33,285 nt of DNA from Luteimonas sp. (GTDB taxonomy: Bacteria; Pseudomonadota; Gammaproteobacteria; Xanthomonadales; Xanthomonadaceae): positions 1-33,285 of the forward strand of contig DASTWT010000206.1 in assembly GCA_035765815.1 (NCBI GenBank), in the 5' to 3' direction. Positions 10,016 through 18,116 of this stretch are shown here, piece by piece. The notes under the pieces were generated by a model, which made no database searches, was not told the DNA's origin, and saw only the letters and a program-made list of their open reading frames with translations. Made by a program: the position numbers and the translations under genes. Position 1 is the first letter of the stretch, and every line of letters begins with the position of its first letter.

Positions 10016-10894
10016 ATGCCCGCGCGCCGCTATTTCCAGCTCGACGTGTTCGCCGACCGGCCGGGCGCCGGCAATCCGCTCGCCGTGGTCCTCGACGCCG
10101 GGGGACTGGACGACGCGGCGATGCAGGCGATCGCCCGCTGGACCCGGCTGCCCGAGACCACGTTCGTGCTGCCGCCCTCGACGCCAGGCGCGAGCTACCG
10201 GCTGCGGATCTTCAGCCCGCGCCGCGAAGTGCCCTTCGCCGGCCATCCGAGCGTGGGCACGGCGCACGTCGTGCTCGAGGCCGGCCTGGCGCAGCCGCGC
10301 GATGGACGGCTCGTGCAGGAAGGGGCCGCCGGGCTGCTGCCGCTGCGCGTGCGCGGCGAGGGACGCGAGCGCACCGTCGCGGTGCGAACGCCGCGCGCCA
10401 GCGTGGTCGAGGTCGCCGCGCCCGGCGATCCGCGACTGGCGGCCGCCCTGCCCGGCGTCGCGCCGGGCGCGCTGCCGCCGGCCGAGATGGATGGCGGCCG
10501 GCGCTGGTGGCTGTACGAAGCCGCGGACGAAGCCTCGCTCCGCGCCGCCACGCCCGACTGGGACGCGGTCGAGCGGCTGGCCGCGGCGACCGGGAGCATG
10601 GGCGTCTGCGCCTTCGCGCGCAGCCGCGATCCGGTGTACTACCTGGCGGTGCGCGCCTTCGTCGGCGCGCCGGCGCGCTTCGAGGACGCCGCTTCGGGCG
10701 CGGCCAACGCGACGCTTGCGGCCTGGCTGGCGGAACGCGACGCGCTGCCCGGCGACGGCGGCTTCTATCGCGTGAGCCAGGGCCGCGAAGTCGGGCACGA
10801 TGCGATCATCGAGCTCGACGTGGACGCGGACGGGGACGTGTGGTCCGGCGGGCGTTGCCGCACGGTGGTGCGCGGCATGCTCGACTGGTCCTGA
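10016..10894 (+). CDS. PhzF family isomerase
   Basis: QLDVFA...GNPLAVV, LPETTF, EVPFAGHP, EDAASGAAN, VSQGREVG. Confidence 0.9.
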   Translation: MPARRYFQLDVFADRPGAGNPLAVVLDAGGLDDAAMQAIARWTRLPETTFVLPPSTPGASYRLRIFSPRREVPFAGHPSVGTAHVVLEAGLAQPRDGRLVQEGAAGLLPLRVRGEGRERTVAVRTPRASVVEVAAPGDPRLAAALPGVAPGALPPAEMDGGRRWWLYEAADEASLRAATPDWDAVERLAAATGSMGVCAFARSRDPVYYLAVRAFVGAPARFEDAASGAANATLAAWLAERDALPGDGGFYRVSQGREVGHDAIIELDVDADGDVWSGGRCRTVVRGMLDWS

Positions 10895-10898
10895 CGCG

Positions 10899-11588
10899 TC
10901 ATTCGGGGCGCACGTCCACGCGCACGCGGATGCGGTCGCCCGGGTCGTACGCGGTGCGCGTCGTATAGGTGCGGCCGGCGTATTCGTAGGTGACGTCGTA
11001 CAGGTTGCCGCCGGCGGCCGGGTACGCCCCGCCGGCCGGATAGCCCTGTCGCGCGTCGACCGGATCGCACACGGTGACGCTGCCGGCACCGTCGTCGCGG
11101 TGCGCGTTGTCGTAGACCTGGCGGCCGGCGACGCCGCCCACCGCCGATCCGATCGCCGCGGTCGCGTAGCGCGCGGAACCGCCGCCGACCTGGCTGCCGA
11201 CGACCGCACCGATCACCGTGCCGAGCACGCTGGCCATCGTGCGCCCGCCCTCGGTGCCGCGGCTGCGCGGCTGCGTTTCGCCGTAATAGTCGCCGTAGTA
11301 GCGGCCGTCGGGCCCGTAGTAGCCGCCCCCGGGCGCGTCGCCGGCGTAAGCGTCGCGCCGCGTGGTGCAACGCTGCGACTGCGCGGGATACGCGCCATAG
11401 CCGTCGCGCGCGCCGACCATCGGCACCACCCGGACGACGCGCGCATAGTCGTAGTAGCCGCCCGTGGTGACGGCGCTCGTGACCGGTGCGCCGTAGGGCG
11501 CGCCGTAGGCCTGCGCGGAAGCGCCGCCGCTGGCGGCCAGCGCCGCGGCGAGGAACGGGACGGCAAGGATCTTGTTCGCGGATTTCAT
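10899..11588 (-). CDS. Glycine-zipper 2TM protein (YcfJ-like), secreted or membrane
   Basis: Signal peptide, YDYARVVRV, GTVIGAVVGSQVGGGSAR...AIGSAVGGVAG zipper, C-terminal YDVTYEYAGRTYTTRTAYDPG. Confidence 0.85.
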   Translation of the reverse strand: MKSANKILAVPFLAAALAASGGASAQAYGAPYGAPVTSAVTTGGYYDYARVVRVVPMVGARDGYGAYPAQSQRCTTRRDAYAGDAPGGGYYGPDGRYYGDYYGETQPRSRGTEGGRTMASVLGTVIGAVVGSQVGGGSARYATAAIGSAVGGVAGRQVYDNAHRDDGAGSVTVCDPVDARQGYPAGGAYPAAGGNLYDVTYEYAGRTYTTRTAYDPGDRIRVRVDVRPE

Positions 11589-11685
11589 GTCGGGCTCCGG
11601 CGCCGGGACGGCGCTCGACCGGCATCCTCCGGTCATGGCGGTTAAACGTCCCTGAACCCGCCCGGCGGCCGCCGCCGGCGTTCAG

Positions 11686-12123
11686 TCAGGAGCCTGCCAG
11701 CGTCGCCTCCACCGTGATCGGGACCGCGCTGAGCGCGCGCGACACCGGGCAATGCTTGCCGGCGTCGTCGGCGACGGCGCGGAAGCCGGCGGCGTCGAGC
11801 CCGGGCACGCGGCCGGTGACCTTCAGCCGGATCGCCGACAGCGACGGCCCGCCCTCCATCGACAGGTCGACTTCGGCGCGCGTGTCCAGCGCCTCGGCCA
11901 CGTGCCCCTGCTCGGCGAGCTTCGCCGACAGCGCCATGGTGAAGCAGCCGGCGTGCGCGGCGGCGATGAGTTCCTCCGGATTGACGCCCTTGCGGTCGCC
12001 GAAGCGCGACGCGAAGCCGTAGGCCGTGTCGGCCATCAATCCGCTTTCGGGCGTGGAGAGCCGGCCCTTGCCGGTCTTGAGGTCGCCTTCCCAGTGGGCG
12101 GTGGCGTAGCGGGAAATGCCCAT
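11686..12123 (-). CDS. osmC: OsmC family peroxiredoxin
   Basis: MGISRYATAHWEGDLKTGKG, NPEELIAAAHAGCF, CPVSRAL; last 145 aa of the 11686..14295 ORF. Confidence 0.93.
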   Translation of the reverse strand: MGISRYATAHWEGDLKTGKGRLSTPESGLMADTAYGFASRFGDRKGVNPEELIAAAHAGCFTMALSAKLAEQGHVAEALDTRAEVDLSMEGGPSLSAIRLKVTGRVPGLDAAGFRAVADDAGKHCPVSRALSAVPITVEATLAGS

Positions 12124-12246
12124 GCGTGATCCTCGAGGCGTTGGAGCGCACAGCCTACGCCCGCGCCCGTGGCGGCGGCGTGGCCGCGCTTGACCCCCGC
12201 CCGCGCCTGCGGGAGGCTTGTTTCCCCGTGGGAAGGAGTCCCGCTC

Positions 12247-14307
12247 ATGTCGTATTCGACCGAGCAGATCCGAAACGTGGCCCTCGCAGGCCACCCCGGC
12301 GCCGGCAAGACCCTGTTGTTCGAAGCCCTGCTGCATGCCGGCGGCGCGATCCAGGCGGCAGGCAGCATCGAACGCGGGAGCACGGTCTCCGACTTCGATC
12401 CGATCGAGAAGGTGCGCGGCCACTCGGTCGACGCGGCGATCGCCAGCACCGACCATGCAGGCATCCACGTCAATCTCGTCGACACGCCCGGATACCCGGA
12501 TTTCCGCGGCCCCGCGCTGTCGGCGCTGGCGGCGGTGGAAACCGTCGCGATCGTGGTGGACGCCGACGCCGGCATCGGCCACGGCACGCGCCGGATGATG
12601 GAATACGCGGCCTCGCGCGGGCTCTGCCGCGCGATCGTCGTCAACCGCATCGACCACGACGGCGTCGACGCCGCCGCCCTGCTCGAGTCGCTGCGCGCGA
12701 CCTTCGGGCCGGAACTGCTGCCGTTGAACCTGCCCGCCGACGGCGGCCGCAAGGTCGTCGACTGCTTCGGCACCGGCGCCGCCGGCTCGGCCGAAGCCAC
12801 CGACGCCGGCACCGTCGGCGAATGGCACCAGCGCATCATCGACCAGGTGGTCGAGGTCAACGAGACCGTCATGGACCACTACCTCGACCTCGGCGAAGGC
12901 GGCCTCTCCGGCGCCGAGCTGCACGACGCCTTCGAGCAGTGCCTGCGCGAAGGCCACCTCGTGCCCGTGTGCTTCACCTCCGCACGCACCGGCGCCGGGG
13001 TGAAGGCGTTGCTGGACATCGCCGAGCGCCTGTTCCCGCATCCGGGCGAGGCCAACCCGCCGCCGTTCGCGAAGGGCGAAGGCGCCGGCGCCGAACCCGT
13101 CGTCGCCAGGCCGGACCCGAAGGCGCACGTCATCGCCCACGTCTTCAAGATCGGCAACGATCCGTTCGTCGGCAAGATGGGCGTGTTCCGCGTCCACCAG
13201 GGCACGGTGCGGCGCGACTCGCAGCTGTTCGTCGGCGACGGCCGCAAGGCGTTCAAGGTCGCGCACCTGTTCAAGCTGCGCGGCAAGGAGCACGTCGAGG
13301 TGCAGGAAGCGATCCCCGGCGACATCGCCGCGGTTGCCAAGGTCGAGGACCTGCATTACGACGCGGTGCTGCACGACAGCCACGCCGAGGACCACCTGCA
13401 CCTGGCGCCGATGGCGTTCCCGAAGCCGATGTTCGGCCTTGCGGTCGAGGCCGCCAGCAAGGGCCAGGAGCAGAAGCTCTCCACCGCGCTGCACAAGCTC
13501 GCCGAGGAGGACCCGGCGTTCGCGGTGGAGCACAATGCCGAGCTCAACGAGACCGTGCTGCGCGGCCTGTCCGACCTGCACCTGCGGGTGATGCTGGAGC
13601 GGCTGAAGGACCGCTACGGCGTGGAAGTCAGGACCCGGCCGCCGCGCATCGCCTATCGCGAAACCATCGGCGGCAAGGCCGAAGGCCACCATCGCCACAA
13701 GAAGCAGACCGGCGGCGCCGGCCAGTTCGGCGAGGTGTTCCTGCGCGTCGAGCCGCTCGCGCGCGGCAGCGGTTTCGAGTTCGCGGACGAGGTCAAGGGC
13801 GGCACGATTCCCGGGCAGTTCATCCCCGCCGTCGAGAAGGGCGTGCGCCAGGCGCTCGCCGGCGGCGCGATCGCCGGCTACCCGATGCAGGACCTGCGGG
13901 TCACCGTCTACGACGGCAAGTACCACAGCGTCGACAGCAAGGAAGTCGCATTCATCGCCGCCGGCAAGAAGGCCTTCCTGGACGCCGTCGCCAAGGCCAG
14001 GCCGCAGGTGCTCGAGCCGATCGTGGACCTGGAAGTCTCCGCGCCGGAACAGCACATGGGCGACATCAGCGGCGGGCTCGCGTCCAAGCGCGCGCGGATC
14101 AGCGGCACCGATTCGGCGCGCGGCGGCGAGATCGTGGTCCGGGCGCAGGTGCCGCTGTCGGAACTGGAAGGCTACGCCGCCGAGCTCAAGTCGGTGACCG
14201 CGGGCCGCGGCAGATACTCCTTGGATTTCAGCCACTACGAGCCGGTTCCTGCTCAGGTGCAGCAGAAGCTGGTCGAGGCGTACAAGCCTCGCCACGAGGA
14301 GGACTGA
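12247..14307 (+). CDS. fusA: Elongation factor G paralog (EF-G2-type)
   Basis: IRNVALAGHPGAGKT, DTPGY, EEDP, YRETI, KKQTGGAGQFG, DGKYHSVDS, LEPI. GGAG RBS upstream of ATG 12247. Stands alone, not in an rpsL-rpsG-tuf operon. Confidence 0.9.
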   Translation: MSYSTEQIRNVALAGHPGAGKTLLFEALLHAGGAIQAAGSIERGSTVSDFDPIEKVRGHSVDAAIASTDHAGIHVNLVDTPGYPDFRGPALSALAAVETVAIVVDADAGIGHGTRRMMEYAASRGLCRAIVVNRIDHDGVDAAALLESLRATFGPELLPLNLPADGGRKVVDCFGTGAAGSAEATDAGTVGEWHQRIIDQVVEVNETVMDHYLDLGEGGLSGAELHDAFEQCLREGHLVPVCFTSARTGAGVKALLDIAERLFPHPGEANPPPFAKGEGAGAEPVVARPDPKAHVIAHVFKIGNDPFVGKMGVFRVHQGTVRRDSQLFVGDGRKAFKVAHLFKLRGKEHVEVQEAIPGDIAAVAKVEDLHYDAVLHDSHAEDHLHLAPMAFPKPMFGLAVEAASKGQEQKLSTALHKLAEEDPAFAVEHNAELNETVLRGLSDLHLRVMLERLKDRYGVEVRTRPPRIAYRETIGGKAEGHHRHKKQTGGAGQFGEVFLRVEPLARGSGFEFADEVKGGTIPGQFIPAVEKGVRQALAGGAIAGYPMQDLRVTVYDGKYHSVDSKEVAFIAAGKKAFLDAVAKARPQVLEPIVDLEVSAPEQHMGDISGGLASKRARISGTDSARGGEIVVRAQVPLSELEGYAAELKSVTAGRGRYSLDFSHYEPVPAQVQQKLVEAYKPRHEED

Positions 14308-14356
14308 CGCCCGCCGCGGCCGCTTGGCCGCCGCCGGCGTCGGAATACGTCGCGGG

Positions 14357-14416
14357 AAAAAAGCCGAAAAAAAAGGCTTCCGAGGACTTGGCGTCGGCGC
14401 GGACTTGCCCTACATT
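14357..14416 (+). promoter_or_regulatory. Sigma70 promoter with upstream A-tracts for the HU gene
   Basis: TTGGCG (14388-14393), 17-bp spacer, TACATT (14411-14416); A6 and A8 tracts at 14357-14374, UP-element-like. Confidence 0.7.
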
Positions 14417-14441
14417 CCGTTTGCCGAGGGGAACTCAGGCA

Positions 14442-14477
14442 CCGATTTTTCCGATCATCCCGATCACTCCGATAACC
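14442..14477 (+). repeat. Four degenerate 9-bp tandem repeats (CCGATnnnn)
   Basis: CCGATTTTT CCGATCATC CCGATCACT CCGATAACC; CCGAT starts at 14442, 14451, 14460 and 14469. Confidence 0.75.
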
Positions 14478-14499
14478 TCACGCGACACACAGGACACAT

Positions 14500-14880
14500 A
14501 TGGCGAAGAAGAAGGCGACAAAGAAGGCCGCTCCGAAGAAGGCCGCTGCCAAGCCGGCCGCTGCGAAGCCCATCAAGGAAGCCCTGGGCAAGAGCGGGCT
14601 GGTCTCGTACATCTCCGAGCAGACCGGCGTCGCCTCGCGCGACGTGCGCGCGGTGCTCGGCTCGCTGGAGAGCGCGGTGCACGGTTCGGTCAGCAAGAAG
14701 GGCGCGGGCACGTTCACGCTGCCGGGCCTGCTGAAGATCACCGCCGTCAACGTGCCGGCCAAGCCGAAGCGCAAGGGCATCAACCCGTTCACCAAGGAAG
14801 AGCAGTGGTTCGCCGCGAAGCCCGCCTCGGTGAAGGTCAAGGTCCGTCCGCTGAAGAAGCTCAAGGACGCGGCCGCCTGA
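14500..14880 (+). CDS. HU family DNA-binding protein with Lys/Ala-rich N-terminal tail
   Basis: MAKKKATKKAAPKKAAAKPAAAK tail, then an HU-like core: FTLPGLLKI, RKGINPFTKE, AAKPASVKVKVRPLKKLKD; AGGA RBS. Confidence 0.9.
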   Translation: MAKKKATKKAAPKKAAAKPAAAKPIKEALGKSGLVSYISEQTGVASRDVRAVLGSLESAVHGSVSKKGAGTFTLPGLLKITAVNVPAKPKRKGINPFTKEEQWFAAKPASVKVKVRPLKKLKDAAA

Positions 14881-14931
14881 TCGATCGGCGAGCTCCGACG
14901 CTTTCCGCCTGCTCCCGGAAGGGAGCGAAGC

Positions 14932-14968
14932 AGGGCCGGGATCCGCAGGGATCCCGGCCCTTCTTTTT
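14932..14968 (+). terminator. Intrinsic terminator after the HU gene
   Basis: Perfect 12-bp stem GGGCCGGGATCC-GCAG-GGATCCCGGCCC followed by TTCTTTTT. Confidence 0.9.
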
Positions 14969-15020
14969 CCCTTCGCGCGGGCGCTGCTATCGTGGCGCCG
15001 CCCTTCGCCGGAGAACCGCC

Positions 15021-15752
15021 TTGGACCGCAAGCCCGCGACCCCGCTCCTGTTCGGCGCGTGCTGCCTCGCCGCGTGCGCGCTGCTCGCCGCATGCGGCCC
15101 CGGCGACCGCGCCGCCAGCGCCGCGCAGGCCGGCGGGGAGGCCGAGGCGCCGCTGCCGAAACCGGAAGCCGGCAGCGGTTCGATCACCGGCATGCCCGAC
15201 CGGCCGGGCCCGGGCCCGGTGGGCGGATCGGTCGCCGACACCGGCGTCGATACCGGCACCGATGCCGATGCGGATGCCGGCATCCCGCCCGGCGACGCCG
15301 TCGTCGTTCCGCCGGACGACGGCACGCTGCCCGAACCCCCCGCCGACGAGACGCAACCCGCGCCGCCGATGCCCGCCGAGCCGACGCCCGCGGACGCGGC
15401 GGCCGTCGTCGACGCCTATTACGCGGCGATCGCGGCCAACCAGTATCCGCGCGCGTACGCGCTGTGGTCCGGCGGCGGCCAGGCCAGCGGCCAGACCGCG
15501 CAGCAGTTCGCCGGCGGGTTCGCCGACACCGCGTCGGTGTCCGTGGACGTGGGCACGCCGGGCCGCGTCGACGCCGCCGCCGGTTCGCGCTACGTCGAGA
15601 TCCCGGTGACGGTGACCGCCACCCGCCGCGACGGCAGCGTCCACCGCTACGCGGGGGCCTACACGCTGCGCCGCGCGGTGGTCGACGGCGCGACCGCCGA
15701 GCAGCGCGCCTGGCGCATCGCCTCCGCCGACCTGCGCGAAGTGCAGCCCTGA
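15021..15752 (+). CDS. Hypothetical lipoprotein
   Basis: TTG start after a GGAGA RBS; lipobox LLAA-C; Pro/Asp-rich linker; globular C-terminal domain (VVDAYYAAI...AYALW...GSRYVEIPV...YTLRR). Confidence 0.75.
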   Translation: MDRKPATPLLFGACCLAACALLAACGPGDRAASAAQAGGEAEAPLPKPEAGSGSITGMPDRPGPGPVGGSVADTGVDTGTDADADAGIPPGDAVVVPPDDGTLPEPPADETQPAPPMPAEPTPADAAAVVDAYYAAIAANQYPRAYALWSGGGQASGQTAQQFAGGFADTASVSVDVGTPGRVDAAAGSRYVEIPVTVTATRRDGSVHRYAGAYTLRRAVVDGATAEQRAWRIASADLREVQP

Positions 15753-15767
15753 GCCCGCCGCGCGGCG

Positions 15768-18002
15768 TCAGAGCTCGAAGCGGTAGCTCAGCTTGACGAG
15801 CAGCATCTCGCTGTCGCGCAGCGAGAACGCGTCGCGCAGCTGGCTCGCGTCGCCGGTCGAGAATTCGTCGTACATGTAGCCTCCGCGGCCGTACACCACG
15901 TACAGGTCGGACAGCGGCGCCAGCTCGTAGCGGTAGCGCACCTGGAAGCCGAGGTTGCGCAGGCTGAAGTCGTCGACGTGGTCGGACACCGCCACCGGCG
16001 TGCCGTCGAAGTCGGTCCGCCACGCCTGCTTGAGCTTCGCGTCCATCCCGAGCGCCTGCAGCTTGACCCGCAGCTCCTGGCGGTCGCCGATGGTCCAGTT
16101 CACGCCGGCGTCGATCTCGAGGCCGTGCTCCTCGAACGTGCCCATCAGGTCGTCGTGCTGCCACACCATCCAGTTCGGCGTGTGCTCGACGTAGCCGAGC
16201 ACGAACACGTTGAACGCGTCGCTGATGAAGTAGGTCGGCTTGAGTTGCGCGTTGTAGCCGACCTGGCGGTGGTCCGGGCCGATGCCGCCGTTGTTGACGC
16301 CGAGGTTGCCGTACAGCTCCCAGTTGCCCTTGCGCGACACGTTGCGCTCGTAGAAGGCGTTGAAGCTGGGCGGCGTGCGCAGGATGCCGTTGCCGCGCAG
16401 GAAGCGGTCGTCGTAGCCGGCGCTGTTGACGTTGACCTGCATGTACTCGTTGCCGCCGTCGCGCAGCGTGCTCTGCAGCATGGCCCGGAACTGCCGCTGC
16501 AGGGCCAGGCCCTGGTCGTTGTCGGTGCCGCTGATGCGCCAGCGCCATTCGTGCGAGGCGTAGGCGGAGCCGGCCGGCAGGTCGGTGCGGCGCTTGGCCA
16601 CCTGCCAGTGCGCGTAGTTGAGGTTCGCGCGCGACAGGTAGCCGAAGTCGTTGATCTGCAGGTCCCGGCCGAAATGCATCGCCAGCCATTGCGAGCGCCA
16701 GCCGTCGCCGGCGTTGTAGTCGGCCCAGACCGTGGCGCCGCTGCCGCGCGTCGAGTCGCCGCCCTGGTCGATCTGGCTGCCGATCAGGCGCGTCTGGATG
16801 TTCCACTTGTCCGTCGGCCGCCAGTTGTGGTCGACGCCGACCACGGTCGCGTCGCGGTCGAGCCAGGGGTGCTCGACCTGCGTGACCATCAGGCCCACGT
16901 TCTGCTTGTCGTAGTCGCGCACCACGCGCAGCGCGCGGAACGAGCGGCCGGCGGCGTCCGCCTCCTCCGCCGCGAACAGGCCGTACTTGTACGCGCCGAG
17001 GCTGCCGTTGAGCTTGACCGCCGCGGTGATGTCGCCGGGGCCGCTGCCGTCGTCCGCGGGACCGCCGACGCGGCGCGTGTACAGCAGCTGGCTGTTGTCC
17101 GAAGGCGTGCCGAAGTCGAAGATGCCCTGGTTCTCGGTGAAGAACGGGCGCTTGTCGCTGAAGAAGGTTTCGTTGGCGCCGAAGTTGACGACGAGGTCGT
17201 CGCTCTCCACCTGGCCGAAGTCCGGGTTGATCGTCGCCGTCAGCTGGGTCTGGCCGTTGGGCTTCCAGAAGATGTCGGCGCCGCCGTCCATGTGTTCCTT
17301 GCCGGCGACGTTGTCGTAGGTGGTCACCGCGTACGGCGTGATCGCCAGCAGCGACTGGCTGTAGACCGGCACGGTGACCTGCTCGAAGTCGGACATGAAG
17401 CGCGGCAGCGTGAAGCTCGCCGCCGGCCAGGCCAGGCGCTCGCCGGTCGAGCCGACCACGCGGTCGAGGTAGATGCCCATCGTGCGCTTGCCGTCCACGC
17501 CCTTGCGCATCGGCGCGATGTACCAGGGGATCAGCATCTCCACCGACCAGGTGTCGCCGTCCTCGCTGACCGCGTGCTTCCAGTTGCCGTCCCAGTCCTT
17601 GCTGAACTGGGTCTCGTTGACGATGGTCGCGTCCTGGATGCCGTCCGTCAGGTTGACGGTGAAGTTGTATCCGCTGCGGCCGTCGCCGTCGAAGTCCACC
17701 ATCAGGTTGACGCGATCGACCTGCGCATCCTCGTCGCGCTGGGTGCGGCGGTAGGTGCGCGGCACGCTGGCCGGCTGGGTGTTGCGGAAGCCGATCGCCA
17801 GGCCTTCGGGCGTCGCCAGGATCCAGGCCTCGGTCGGGTACGGCGAAGGCGCGCGGGTCAGCGGATCGACCACGCGGAAATCGGTGACGTGCTGGGCGCC
17901 CTGCCATTCCGCGGGATCGATGCGGCCGTCGACATCGATGGCCGCCCAGGCGGGCGCGGCGAGGAGCGACAGGAGGACGAAGGCGGTCGGGCGGTTGCGC
18001 AT
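15768..18002 (-). CDS. DUF5916-like outer-membrane protein with N-terminal CBM9-like region
   Basis: Signal peptide AWA-A; IDVDGRIDPAEW and WSVEMLIPW (CBM9-like); ATINPDFGQVESD...ETFFSDKRPFFTE (DUF5916-like, recognised from memory); C-terminal KLSYRFEL beta-strand. Confidence 0.8.
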   Translation of the reverse strand: MRNRPTAFVLLSLLAAPAWAAIDVDGRIDPAEWQGAQHVTDFRVVDPLTRAPSPYPTEAWILATPEGLAIGFRNTQPASVPRTYRRTQRDEDAQVDRVNLMVDFDGDGRSGYNFTVNLTDGIQDATIVNETQFSKDWDGNWKHAVSEDGDTWSVEMLIPWYIAPMRKGVDGKRTMGIYLDRVVGSTGERLAWPAASFTLPRFMSDFEQVTVPVYSQSLLAITPYAVTTYDNVAGKEHMDGGADIFWKPNGQTQLTATINPDFGQVESDDLVVNFGANETFFSDKRPFFTENQGIFDFGTPSDNSQLLYTRRVGGPADDGSGPGDITAAVKLNGSLGAYKYGLFAAEEADAAGRSFRALRVVRDYDKQNVGLMVTQVEHPWLDRDATVVGVDHNWRPTDKWNIQTRLIGSQIDQGGDSTRGSGATVWADYNAGDGWRSQWLAMHFGRDLQINDFGYLSRANLNYAHWQVAKRRTDLPAGSAYASHEWRWRISGTDNDQGLALQRQFRAMLQSTLRDGGNEYMQVNVNSAGYDDRFLRGNGILRTPPSFNAFYERNVSRKGNWELYGNLGVNNGGIGPDHRQVGYNAQLKPTYFISDAFNVFVLGYVEHTPNWMVWQHDDLMGTFEEHGLEIDAGVNWTIGDRQELRVKLQALGMDAKLKQAWRTDFDGTPVAVSDHVDDFSLRNLGFQVRYRYELAPLSDLYVVYGRGGYMYDEFSTGDASQLRDAFSLRDSEMLLVKLSYRFEL

Positions 18003-18048
18003 GGTCGGGCCGTGGGTTCGGATGCTGCATGGTGGCGGACGACGCGGC

Positions 18049-18078
18049 CGCCGCCGACTGGCATTGGTCATTGCAACC
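18049..18078 (-). promoter_or_regulatory. Copy 1 of a 30-bp shared upstream element
   Basis: Plus strand CGCCGCCGACTGGCATTGGTCATTGCAACC; 26/30 identical to 19081-19110. Confidence 0.65.
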
Positions 18079-18116
18079 TTCGGGCGAACGGCCGCATCGC
18101 GGGCGCCGGCGCGGCC

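Noticed and set aside
5941-10017. 1358-aa ORF suggesting a giant protein or frameshifted fusion
   Set aside because: The first ~900 aa are an Arg/Ala-rich off-frame shadow of lysAC; only 5941-7323 (MurL) looks like real protein and it has its own coupled ATG
10016-10894. PhzF as a DapF replacement or sign of a phenazine cluster
   Set aside because: Lacks the catalytic Cys pair of DAP epimerase, and no phz genes are in the window
14442-14477. CRISPR-like or iteron array
   Set aside because: Units are 9 bp with no spacers; no cas or rep genes nearby
11686-15752. Long ORFs 11686..14295 (-) and 12126..15752 (+)
   Set aside because: Shadow frames of EF-G2 and HU; the real parts are osmC and the 15021 lipoprotein
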